From positions 1 through 33,970 of the forward strand of contig JAGCRJ010000013.1 in NCBI GenBank assembly GCA_017964745.1: a stretch of 33,970 bases of DNA. Direction: 5' to 3'. Made by a program: the position numbers and the translations under genes. The number at the start of each line of letters is the position of its first letter. The stretch's first letter is position 1. The notes beneath the pieces are model-generated. The model saw only the letters and a list, made by a program, of their open reading frames with translations, searched no databases and was not told where the DNA came from. Below, in pieces: positions 1 to 8,328 of this stretch. The DNA is from Lachnospiraceae bacterium. GTDB taxonomy: Bacteria > Bacillota > Clostridia > Lachnospirales > Lachnospiraceae.

Positions 1-508
1 AGAATACATAAAAGTAGGTACCATCACACAGCCTTTCGGGATCAAAGGAGAGACCAAGGTCTATCCCGATGTCGACGATCTCGCATATTTCAAGAAATTA
101 AAGAATGTATTTTTTGAAAAAGAAGGATCATACGAAGAATTCGCGATCGAATCCGTCCGTATGGCTCTTCCTCTTGTTATAATCAAGTTCAAGGGTATCG
201 AAGCACCCGAAGAGATCAGAAAATACAGACAGACAGATCTGTATGTTCTCAGGAAAGATGCTCCTCCTCTTGAAGAAGGGGAACATTATTATGCGGATCT
301 TCTCGGGCTTGATGCAACCGACGATACCGGAGTTTACAGGGGTAAGATCACCGATATCATCGAGACCGGCGCCAATGATGTATATGAGATAACGGCGGAT
401 GACGGAAAATCTTTTCTGCTTCCTGCCATAAAGCAGTGTATACTTGATGTGGATGTTGAAGCCGGTACAATGAAGATTCATATTCTGGAGGGGTTACTTG
501 ATCTATAA
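1..508 (+). CDS. rimM: 16S rRNA processing protein RimM (5' end outside window)
   Basis: Frame 2 is open from base 2 (EYIKVGTITQPFGIKGETKVYP) and runs into ORF 161..508. It carries the RimM motifs EHYYADLLGL, ETGANDVY and LLPAIKQCILDVD, and lies directly before trmD-rplS. Confidence 0.95.
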   Translation, partial: EYIKVGTITQPFGIKGETKVYPDVDDLAYFKKLKNVFFEKEGSYEEFAIESVRMALPLVIIKFKGIEAPEEIRKYRQTDLYVLRKDAPPLEEGEHYYADLLGLDATDDTGVYRGKITDIIETGANDVYEITADDGKSFLLPAIKQCILDVDVEAGTMKIHILEGLLDL

Positions 509-1745
509 GGTTCTGACACTTTTTCCCGAAATGATCAGATCGGTCATGGAAACGGGTATCATAGGACGCGCGCTTAATGAAGGGGCTCTGGGACTGGAGA
601 CCTTTTATATCCGTGACTATGCGGATAATAAACGTGCACAGGTTGATGATTATCCATACGGCGGAGGTGCCGGCCAGGTAATACAGGCTGAGCCTGTTTA
701 CAGGGCTTATCTTGATGCGATCGGACTGCTTCCGGAGAGCACGGGCAAAAAGAATGCTCCCGTAAATGTTTCGCTTCCGGAAAAGAAACCCAGATGCATA
801 TATCTTTCTCCCCAGGGCAAAAAATTTGACCAGAGGATGGCAAGAGAGCTTGCTTCCGAGGATGAACTTATCTTCCTTTGCGGACACTACGAAGGAATAG
901 ATGAAAGGGTACTCGAAGAGATAGTCACGGATTATATTTCATCGGGTGATTATATACTTACCGGCGGAGAGCTTCCTGCACTAACGGTCATGGATGCTGT
1001 TTCCAGGCTTCTTCCCGGAGTTCTCGGAAATGACGAATCTCCCGAGATAGAAACATTTTACAGGGATCTTCTCGAATATCCCCAGTATTCAAGACCTGAG
1101 ATATGGCACGACAAAGCCGTTCCTTATGTACTTACGACGGGCAATCATGCGGATATCGAGACATGGAGGCTTGAGCGAAGCATCGAAAGAACCAGGGCCG
1201 GAAGACCGGATCTCTATCTTGTCTACAGGAGCAAGGAAGAGCTCATGTCCAGGATGAAGCAGGCCAGGGTTCAGAATATACCCGCCATAGAGGCTATGCT
1301 TTATGACGATACGGATATCCTTTATGCGGGAGTTTCCTATTATCTGCTTCAGGATCATTACAATAAGACGCTGTATGCCGGCTGCTTTGCCAAGAACAAT
1401 CCGATAATAGACGGATACGATGCCGATATCGTAAAAAGAACCATCTCGGATCATCTTCACGAGGTCAGGAATATCATTCTTCTGAATGCGCCGGATCCCA
1501 TGTATGACGGAATGCTCACCGAGAAGGTCATGATAGCGTTTACCGAAAAGAATCCGCTTTCTTCCCAGAGAGTCAGGGAGTACGGTGCGCTCGGAAAGCG
1601 TCTTAAAGATGAGGTTGCGGAGAGTCTTAAGACCGGAAGGACCTATTACGAATTTATGGATCCTTCGGAAAAGGAAGACATAAATAATGCGCTCAGAATG
1701 GGCTTTTATTCGTCGAGAGTGCTCGTAAAAACGCTTGTGGACTGA
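498..1745 (+). CDS. trmD: tRNA (guanine37-N1)-methyltransferase TrmD with ~170 aa C-terminal extension
   Basis: TTG start overlaps rimM. Motifs VLTLFPE, VDDYPYGGG, YLSPQG, LCGHYEGIDER, GDYILTGGE and LLEYPQYSRP. The TrmD core ends near RPDL (~aa 240) but the protein is 415 aa. Confidence 0.95.
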   Translation: MIYKVLTLFPEMIRSVMETGIIGRALNEGALGLETFYIRDYADNKRAQVDDYPYGGGAGQVIQAEPVYRAYLDAIGLLPESTGKKNAPVNVSLPEKKPRCIYLSPQGKKFDQRMARELASEDELIFLCGHYEGIDERVLEEIVTDYISSGDYILTGGELPALTVMDAVSRLLPGVLGNDESPEIETFYRDLLEYPQYSRPEIWHDKAVPYVLTTGNHADIETWRLERSIERTRAGRPDLYLVYRSKEELMSRMKQARVQNIPAIEAMLYDDTDILYAGVSYYLLQDHYNKTLYAGCFAKNNPIIDGYDADIVKRTISDHLHEVRNIILLNAPDPMYDGMLTEKVMIAFTEKNPLSSQRVREYGALGKRLKDEVAESLKTGRTYYEFMDPSEKEDINNALRMGFYSSRVLVKTLVD

Positions 1746-1753
1746 AATTCTGC

Positions 1754-1782
1754 TTGCATTTTACGTTAACTTATGATAAATT
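1754..1782 (+). promoter_or_regulatory. Putative sigma-A promoter for rplS
   Basis: TTGCAT (1754-1759), 17 bp spacer, TAAATT (1777-1782) preceded by TG at 1774-1775 (extended -10). Confidence 0.55.
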
Positions 1783-1800
1783 ACCAATGTTGCGTTAAAA

Positions 1801-1841
1801 AGGTGGTCCGCTGTTAGCTCTATAGCTATTATGAACATCCG
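1801..1841 (+). ncRNA. Ribosomal protein L19 leader (cis-regulatory RNA)
   Basis: GGTGGTCCGCTG-TAGCT(ctat)AGCTA-TTATGAACATCC in the 5' UTR of rplS. The outer stem, CCGCUG internal motif and inner hairpin resemble the Firmicute L19 leader. Confidence 0.7.
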
Positions 1842-1897
1842 TAGGAGCTGTCATAAAGCGAGTACTTTATAGACAGAGCTAAGAGAAGGAGTATATT

Positions 1898-2245
1898 ATG
1901 TCAGACATCATTAAGGAAATTGAAAACGAACAGCTTAAGAGCGAAGTTGCTGAGTTCAGCGTAGGTGATACCGTTAAGGTTCACAACCGCATCGTAGAGG
2001 GCGAGAAGTCCAGAATTCAGATCTTCGAGGGAACCGTTATCAAGAGACAGAACGGATCTAACCGTGAGACCTTCACCGTACGTAAGATTTCCAACGGCGT
2101 AGGCGTTGAGAAGACCTGGCCCCTTCATTCTCCCAATGTTGAGAAGATCGAAGTTGTCAGAAAGGGTAAGGTTCGCAGAGCAAGACTTAACTACCTCAGA
2201 GACAGAGTCGGTAAGGCTGCAAAGGTTAAGGAAGCTGTTAAATAA
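1898..2245 (+). CDS. rplS: 50S ribosomal protein L19
   Basis: [35 protein letters not shown] and [10 protein letters not shown] motifs; AAGGAG RBS upstream. Confidence 0.99.
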   Translation: MSDIIKEIENEQLKSEVAEFSVGDTVKVHNRIVEGEKSRIQIFEGTVIKRQNGSNRETFTVRKISNGVGVEKTWPLHSPNVEKIEVVRKGKVRRARLNYLRDRVGKAAKVKEAVK

Positions 2246-2262
2246 TAAGTTTTCGTATACCG

Positions 2263-2291
2263 AAGCCGGTGCTTATGCACCGGCTTTTTTT
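2263..2291 (+). terminator. Intrinsic terminator after rplS
   Basis: Perfect 10-bp stem AAGCCGGTGC-ttat-GCACCGGCTT followed by a T run. Confidence 0.9.
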
Positions 2292-2304
2292 GTGTCCTTA
2301 ATGG

Positions 2305-2333
2305 TTCAAGAAAACGAGTGTTTATGGTATAAT
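2305..2333 (+). promoter_or_regulatory. Putative sigma-A promoter for the lepB-like/rbgA/lepB/rnhB block
   Basis: TTCAAG (2305-2310), 17 bp spacer, TG-g-TATAAT (perfect -10 at 2328-2333), just downstream of the rplS terminator. Confidence 0.65.
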
Positions 2334-2381
2334 ATCAGAGATTGTGCAAATGGGATTTAACTTTATTTTAGGCCTTTTAAA

Positions 2382-2957
2382 GTGAGACAGGACGGATATT
2401 ATTTTTACAAAAAAAGACGCCGGTTCAGCGAGGATTTTTTACGTGATACGGTTCACCTTATCATAGGGATCCTGATCAGTCTTCTTTTTGCGTTCATACT
2501 GGTATACTTCCTCGGTATGAGCACCACGGTATCGGGAGATTCAATGAGTCCGGTTCTTGTAAGCGACCAGAAGGTGCTGGTAAACCGCTTTGTGTACAAG
2601 CTTTCCCAGCCAAAACCCGGCGATGTTGTCATCTTTCTTCCGAACGGCAACGAGAATACCCATTACTATATGAGAAGGGTTGTTGCGGTTCCGGGTGATA
2701 AGGTGCTTATCGAGGACGGTGTCCTGTATGTGAACGGGACTCCCTCGGATGTTGTTACGGGACGGGTTAACGAAGCGGGACTTGCTTCGAATGAGCTTAC
2801 CCTTGAGCAGGGAACTTACTTTGTTCTCTGTGACGATCTGAGTGATTCCGATGATTCGAGGAGTGCCAATATCGGACCGGTCGAGAGCAGGTTCATACTC
2901 GGCAAAGTCTGGCTGGCATTTCCCGAAGGCGATTCGGGAATGCATATGGTGGATTAA
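2382..2957 (+). CDS. Signal peptidase I (S26) family protein, catalytic Lys replaced by Arg; probably inactive
   Basis: Basic N-terminus plus TM helix. Box B SGDSMSP has the Ser, box D reads YMRRVVAVPGD (canonical KR), box E reads CDDLSDSDDSR (canonical GDNRxxSxDSR). GTG start with a weak RBS. Confidence 0.85.
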   Translation: MRQDGYYFYKKRRRFSEDFLRDTVHLIIGILISLLFAFILVYFLGMSTTVSGDSMSPVLVSDQKVLVNRFVYKLSQPKPGDVVIFLPNGNENTHYYMRRVVAVPGDKVLIEDGVLYVNGTPSDVVTGRVNEAGLASNELTLEQGTYFVLCDDLSDSDDSRSANIGPVESRFILGKVWLAFPEGDSGMHMVD

Positions 2958-3806
2958 ATGGCAGGAAACGATTACGGCTGGTACCCCGGACATATGACAA
3001 AGTCCGTAAGGGCTATCAGGGAAGAATTAAAACTTGTGGATCTGTGCATAGAGGTTCTTGATTCAAGGATCCCTTTATCGAGCAGAAATCCCGATATAGA
3101 CGAGCTTGCAAAGGGCAAGTTCAGAATGGTCGTCCTTAACAAGGCGGATCTTTCAGATGAAAGGAAGACCGCTCTGTGGACATCGTATTTTAAGGAGAAG
3201 GGCATTGAGAGCCTTGTTCTTAATGCGAAAGAAAAAAAGGCCTCCGATGCTGTCAAGAAGCTTGCCATGACCGTTTGTGCCGAGAAGATCGAGCGAGACC
3301 GTAAAAGGGGTATAGTCGGGCGTCCCATAAGGGCCATGGTCTGCGGCATACCGAATGTCGGTAAATCCACTCTTATCAATTCCATCACCGGCAAAGCACC
3401 GGCCAAGACAGGCAATAAACCCGGTGTGACAAGAAGCAACCAGTGGGTCAAGACCGGAGCGGGCATCGAGCTTTTAGATACTCCCGGACTCCTCTGGCCC
3501 AAATTTGAAGACAGAAGCGTGGGTCTTAAGCTTGCCGCGATCGGAAGCATCAATGACCAGATCCTCAATACGATACTTCTTGCTTCGGAAACCATACTTA
3601 TGCTTAGGGATATATACCCCGATGCAACAGTTTCAAAATATGAGATATCCTGCAACGAAAAACCCGAGGATGTTCTTAAGGCGGTTGCCGTAAGAAACGG
3701 ACTTATCCTTAAGGGTGCGGATCCGGATATCAGAAGAGCTGCCGAAACACTGCTCGCTGAGCTCAGGAGCGGCAAGCTCGGACGTATGACTTTGGAGGAG
3801 CCTTAA
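2958..3806 (+). CDS. rbgA: Ribosome biogenesis GTPase RbgA (YlqF)
   Basis: WYPGHM N-terminus; circularly permuted GTPase motifs NKADL, GIPNVGKS, PGVT, LLDTPGLLWP. Confidence 0.97.
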   Translation: MAGNDYGWYPGHMTKSVRAIREELKLVDLCIEVLDSRIPLSSRNPDIDELAKGKFRMVVLNKADLSDERKTALWTSYFKEKGIESLVLNAKEKKASDAVKKLAMTVCAEKIERDRKRGIVGRPIRAMVCGIPNVGKSTLINSITGKAPAKTGNKPGVTRSNQWVKTGAGIELLDTPGLLWPKFEDRSVGLKLAAIGSINDQILNTILLASETILMLRDIYPDATVSKYEISCNEKPEDVLKAVAVRNGLILKGADPDIRRAAETLLAELRSGKLGRMTLEEP

Positions 3807-3809
3807 ATA

Positions 3810-4367
3810 ATGAGCAGTAAAGCCAAAACCAATAAATTCCTGAAGGAAGCTTTCAGCACGGGTGTCTATTTTCTTGTAGTATTTCTGCTTGCGGCATTTG
3901 TTCTTAAGTTCGTCGGACAAAGATCGGTTGTCGACGGAAGCTCGATGAATGACACTCTTTATGACGGTGAAAGCGTATGGGTCAATAAGTTCACATACAG
4001 GTTTAACGATCCGGAGAGATTTGATGTCGTTGTATTTCCTTACAAGTATGCCGAGGATACTTTCTTTATCAAGAGGGTCATCGGACTTCCCGGTGAGACC
4101 GTACAGATCCTTGAAGACGGAAGCATTCTGATAAACGGAGAGGTTCTTGAGGAGAACTACGGAAAGGAAGTTATCCGCTCTGACAGACGCGGAACGGCTT
4201 CGGAACCGGTTCTTCTCGGTGAGAACGAATATTTTGTTATGGGTGACAACAGGAATGATTCGATGGATTCCAGATATCCGAATGTCGGACCCATAACCAA
4301 GGATGAGATGATAGGAAAAGCGGTGTTCAGACTTTTCCCCATAACCAAGATGGGCGGTATAGATTGA
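3810..4367 (+). CDS. lepB: Signal peptidase I
   Basis: TM helix and intact boxes DGSSMNDTL, FIKRVIGLPGE and MGDNRNDSMDSR. Confidence 0.95.
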   Translation: MSSKAKTNKFLKEAFSTGVYFLVVFLLAAFVLKFVGQRSVVDGSSMNDTLYDGESVWVNKFTYRFNDPERFDVVVFPYKYAEDTFFIKRVIGLPGETVQILEDGSILINGEVLEENYGKEVIRSDRRGTASEPVLLGENEYFVMGDNRNDSMDSRYPNVGPITKDEMIGKAVFRLFPITKMGGID

Positions 4368-5122
4368 TGGAGAGTATTTCCGATATCAAAAACAGACTTG
4401 CCGAAACTGACGACGAATCCCTTCCGCTCGTCATGAGCCTTTATGCCGGCGATGACAGAGCGGGAGTAAAGAAGGCTCTTGAAGGCGCACAGAAAAGATA
4501 CGACAAGCTTCTTGCTGAAAAGAAGAGGATCTATGATCTCGGCGCTTATGAAAGACAGTATTCCGATCACCTGTATATCTGCGGGATCGATGAGGTCGGA
4601 AGAGGACCGTTTGCGGGTCCTGTAGTTGCGGGAGCCGTTATCTTACCTAAGGATTGCGACATCCTGTATATAAACGATTCCAAGAAACTTTCCGAAAAAG
4701 TAAGAGAAAGACTTTATGAGGAGATAAAGGAAAAAGCCGTTTCCGCAGCTGTCGGTATCGTGGAACCTTCGAGGATCGATGAGATCAATATACTGCAGGC
4801 GACATACGAAGCGATGAGGATCGCCATCTCAAAGCTTGACCCGGGGCCGGATCTTCTTCTGAACGATGCGGTCACGATACCCGGTGTAGATATAAAGCAG
4901 ATTCCCATCATAAAGGGAGATGCAAAGAGCATTTCGATCGGAGCCGCAAGTATATTTGCCAAGGTTACCAGGGACAGGCTCATGCTTGAGTATGACAGAC
5001 AGTACCCCGAGTACGGCTTTGCCAGGAATGTCGGATACGGAACCGCCGAGCATATTGCGGCACTGAAGAAATACGGACCCACTCCGATACACAGAAGAAG
5101 CTTTATTCATGATTACGTATGA
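4367..5122 (+). CDS. rnhB: Ribonuclease HII
   Basis: CGIDEVGRGPFAGPV, INDSKKLS, KGDAKSISIGAASIFAKVTRD, GYGT and IHRRSF motifs. ATG overlaps the lepB stop (TGATG); alternative TTG start at 4364. Confidence 0.97.
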   Translation: MESISDIKNRLAETDDESLPLVMSLYAGDDRAGVKKALEGAQKRYDKLLAEKKRIYDLGAYERQYSDHLYICGIDEVGRGPFAGPVVAGAVILPKDCDILYINDSKKLSEKVRERLYEEIKEKAVSAAVGIVEPSRIDEINILQATYEAMRIAISKLDPGPDLLLNDAVTIPGVDIKQIPIIKGDAKSISIGAASIFAKVTRDRLMLEYDRQYPEYGFARNVGYGTAEHIAALKKYGPTPIHRRSFIHDYV

Positions 5123-6996
5123 GTGCGATTAGCGACATCTTTTTAAATCCGATAAGGAATGTCACTGATAAGCCTGCCACCGATGTTTCGGGGGAAGGCG
5201 TTGCAACTCTGTCCAAAATGAAGAACGGTGATACGTTCTCCGCAAAGGTGGTAAATACCTCGGGCGAAAATGTTACGCTCAGGCTTTCAAACGGAAACCT
5301 TGTTAATGCTAAGCTTTCATCGGATATGAATATCTCGGAAGGCCAGACTGTTTCCTTTGAGGTCAGAAATTCCGGAAGTTCGATCAGGATTTCTCCGCTT
5401 CTTACCAATACTTCCGCCGATGTAAGTGTACTCAAAGCTCTGAACCAGGCATCACTGCCTGTTGATGATACGACCGTTGCAATGACCACGGAGATGATGA
5501 AGGCCGGCCTTTCTATAGACAGGCAGTCACTGTCGGGAATGTACGAAAGCATTCTGAACAATCCGGGGGCGAAGATCGGTGATGCGGTTGATCTTGCAAA
5601 GCTTGGTCTTCCGGTCAACGAGGCCAATCTTGCGAATATCGAAAGCTATAAGAATCTTTCCTATCAGATATATCAGGGAATGCAGACAATTGCGGAAAAG
5701 ACCGATCAGGCACTTCTCGATCTTGTTTCGGGAGGCGATACCGCAGGCGCTTCCAAGGTGATGGCTTCCCTGCTTGAATCGGTGACGGCATATATGTCCG
5801 AAACCGGGGATCCGCTTGCTGCGGAAAATTCACTTCAGGGTGCCCGGGTCAGTGATCCGGCTTCGATGCCCCCTGCTCCTGCAGATAATGCACAGAATGT
5901 AAATGCAAATGCCGAAAGCTTACAGGCTGTCAGCTCCGGAAACGGTGAATCAGATCCCGTAGCAGCCGGCGGTGCTGCCCTAAATGCATCCGCGGACTCC
6001 ACAGTCACAGCTTCGCAGGATGGCAGCGATCCCGCATCCAAGGCGCTTGAGCTTTTAAGATCGCTTCAGGGCGCTCAGCCCGAAAGCGGGGAATCGAACA
6101 TTTCTGTAAAGGATCAGGTATCCGGTAATGCCGCCGTAAGCGAAACGGGTGCAAATGCTTCATCAATATCCGTAGATTTCGGCAGGGCCGTTGAGGTGTT
6201 CAGGCAGATCACAGGCGATTCGGATTATAAGCCTGCGGATCTTCAGAGCTTTCTTAAGGATATATCCGCATTTCAGGTCAAAGCTTTTGCGGAGGGAAAT
6301 ATCAACGGATTAAAGGAGCTTGTTTCATCCGGGTCCGTCAGAAATCTTGTTTTCGATGTCCTTAAGGACCAGTGGAGGATATCGCCTTCGGAGGTTGCCG
6401 ACAAGGACAAGGTCGAAGCTTTATACAGGAGACTCGGAGATCAGATAAATATATTAAAAGAAGGACTGTCAAGCGTTAATGCCGAAAGCAGTGCTGCATT
6501 CCGTGCGGCCGACAATATGAGTTCCAACCTTGATTTCCTTAATCAGATAAATCAGATGTATGCATATATCCAGCTTCCGCTCAAGCTTTCGGGCGGGGAC
6601 AATGCACACGGCGATCTATATGTTTATTCGAACAGAAAGAATATGTCATCAGATGATTCGACCGTGACCGCTTTCATGCATCTTGATATGGATCATCTGG
6701 GCCCCGTTGATGTCTATGTCTCAATGGACCTTAAGTCCGGCGGAAAGGTTCAGACAAACTTTACCGTAGCCGATGATGAGATACTTTCTTTCCTAGAGGA
6801 GAACATACATATCCTCAATGAAAGACTTAATAAAAGAGGATACGATCTTTCCTGTAAGATGACCCTTAAGGGCGAAGAAGAGACTCCCGAAGAAGATGCG
6901 CTCTCGGGCGGCGGAGTAAACCTTCTTCTTTTGCACGCGGGCGGAATGGGCGGATCCTTCCAGGCGGGAATGAGATCGTTTGATGTGAGGGCATAA
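5119..6996 (+). CDS. FliK-like (flagellar hook-length control C-terminal domain) protein, YlqG-like
   Basis: Ala/Ser-rich central linker; C-terminal YIQLPLKL...GDLYVY...HLDMDHLGPVDVYV and terminal SFDVRA. Position between rnhB and an FlhB-C homologue matches B. subtilis ylqG-ylqH. Confidence 0.7.
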   Translation: MSAISDIFLNPIRNVTDKPATDVSGEGVATLSKMKNGDTFSAKVVNTSGENVTLRLSNGNLVNAKLSSDMNISEGQTVSFEVRNSGSSIRISPLLTNTSADVSVLKALNQASLPVDDTTVAMTTEMMKAGLSIDRQSLSGMYESILNNPGAKIGDAVDLAKLGLPVNEANLANIESYKNLSYQIYQGMQTIAEKTDQALLDLVSGGDTAGASKVMASLLESVTAYMSETGDPLAAENSLQGARVSDPASMPPAPADNAQNVNANAESLQAVSSGNGESDPVAAGGAALNASADSTVTASQDGSDPASKALELLRSLQGAQPESGESNISVKDQVSGNAAVSETGANASSISVDFGRAVEVFRQITGDSDYKPADLQSFLKDISAFQVKAFAEGNINGLKELVSSGSVRNLVFDVLKDQWRISPSEVADKDKVEALYRRLGDQINILKEGLSSVNAESSAAFRAADNMSSNLDFLNQINQMYAYIQLPLKLSGGDNAHGDLYVYSNRKNMSSDDSTVTAFMHLDMDHLGPVDVYVSMDLKSGGKVQTNFTVADDEILSFLEENIHILNERLNKRGYDLSCKMTLKGEEETPEEDALSGGGVNLLLLHAGGMGGSFQAGMRSFDVRA

Positions 6997-7277
6997 TGGC
7001 TGAAGAAAAGAAGAAGATAAAAACAGCGGTCGCCCTCGAATACGATCCGAGCGATGAGGCGCCCAGGGTCATAGCTTCCGGTAAGGGAGCCCTGGCCGAG
7101 AAGATAATCGAAAAGGCAAAGGAAAGCGATGTTCCCGTTCACGAGGACGATAAGCTTGCGAACACGCTTTCAAAACTTGAGATCGGCGATCTGATACCTC
7201 CCGAGCTTTATGAGGTTGTTGCCGAGATCCTGATCTTCGTTGATTCGATGGATAAGATCAAGAGTAAGCTGAAGTGA
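6996..7277 (+). CDS. EscU/YscU/FlhB cytoplasmic-domain-like protein (YlqH-like)
   Basis: TAVALEYDP...APRVIASGKGALAEKII...VPVHED...IPPELYEVVAEIL matches the post-cleavage FlhB C-terminal fragment. Confidence 0.9.
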   Translation: MAEEKKKIKTAVALEYDPSDEAPRVIASGKGALAEKIIEKAKESDVPVHEDDKLANTLSKLEIGDLIPPELYEVVAEILIFVDSMDKIKSKLK

Positions 7278-7633
7278 CAGATAACCGTGAAAAAGGTTCT
7301 TTTCATGAGACCATCGCAATTGAATATCTCAAAAAGAAAGGACATCGGATAATCGCGAGAAACGTACTCAATAAGTTCGGTGAGATAGATATCATTTCCG
7401 TCACGCCGGACAGGAAGATCGTTTTTACTGAAGTGAAATTCAGAAAGAGCGCAAAGAGCGGATATCCTCTGGAAGCTGTGAACACAGCCAAGCAGCGGAA
7501 GATAAGCAGGGCTTCCGCATACTATCTGAACTCACACCGTGAATACATGAATCATCAGGTCAGATATGACTGCATCGGTATCATCGGTGATGAAATAAAA
7601 CATATAGAAAATGCATTTGACTACGTGGGGTGA
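7274..7633 (+). CDS. yraN: YraN family (UPF0102) PD-(D/E)XK nuclease
   Basis: KG..HE..A..YL, GEIDII, VFTEVKFR, EAV..KQ.KI, RYD and HIENAF motifs. Confidence 0.92.
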   Translation: MTDNREKGSFHETIAIEYLKKKGHRIIARNVLNKFGEIDIISVTPDRKIVFTEVKFRKSAKSGYPLEAVNTAKQRKISRASAYYLNSHREYMNHQVRYDCIGIIGDEIKHIENAFDYVG

Positions 7634-7635
7634 CT

Positions 7636-8328
7636 ATGGCAAATATTCTTGTTTGTGATGATGATAAAGACATCGTAGAGGCAATAGAAGTATATCTCAA
7701 GGATGACGGACACATTATTTATAAAGCATATAACGGTGCCGATGCTCTTGAGATCCTGGGAAAAGAAGACATTCAGCTTGTGATCCTCGACATCATGATG
7801 CCGGTTATGAACGGCATCGAGGTCGCGGAAAAGATCAGGGAGACCAGTACGCTTCCCATAATTTTCCTGTCCGCAAAATCAGAGGAAAACGATAAGGTCA
7901 CCGGACTCAATGCCGGTGCGGATGATTATATCACCAAGCCTTTTTCTCCCGCCGAGCTTACCGCAAGAGTCAGGTCGAATCTCAGGAGATATACGCTTCT
8001 CGGAAGCATCAACGAGGGTAATACGCATATCTATAATTGCGGCGGACTCAGCATCAATGACGAGACCAAGACCGTCACGGTCGATTCCCAGCCCGTAAAG
8101 CTTACTCCCATTGAGTACAACATACTCCTGCTTCTTCTCAAGAATAAGGGAACCGTATTTTCCACGGATAAGATCTATGAATCCATCTGGAACGAAGCTC
8201 CCATTGCGACCGACAATACCGTTGCGGTTCACATCAGACATATCAGGGAGAAGATCGAGATAGATCCCGGTCAGCCCCAGTTCCTTAAAGTTGTATGGGG
8301 AGTAGGATATAAGATAGAAGATCTATGA
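7636..8328 (+). CDS. OmpR/PhoB-family response regulator
   Basis: Receiver ILVCDDD, ILDIMMP, FLSAK, GADDYITKPF; winged helix LTPIEY...TVAVHIRHIREKIE...VWGVGY. Alternative GTG start at 7630. Confidence 0.95.
   Translation: MANILVCDDDKDIVEAIEVYLKDDGHIIYKAYNGADALEILGKEDIQLVILDIMMPVMNGIEVAEKIRETSTLPIIFLSAKSEENDKVTGLNAGADDYITKPFSPAELTARVRSNLRRYTLLGSINEGNTHIYNCGGLSINDETKTVTVDSQPVKLTPIEYNILLLLLKNKGTVFSTDKIYESIWNEAPIATDNTVAVHIRHIREKIEIDPGQPQFLKVVWGVGYKIEDL

Noticed and set aside
2972-3775. 267-aa minus-strand ORF
   Set aside because: Antisense shadow of rbgA; no recognisable motifs.
5830-6170. Low-complexity Ala/Ser-rich stretch as a tandem repeat
   Set aside because: No repeated nucleotide unit found; consistent with a disordered linker in the FliK-like protein.
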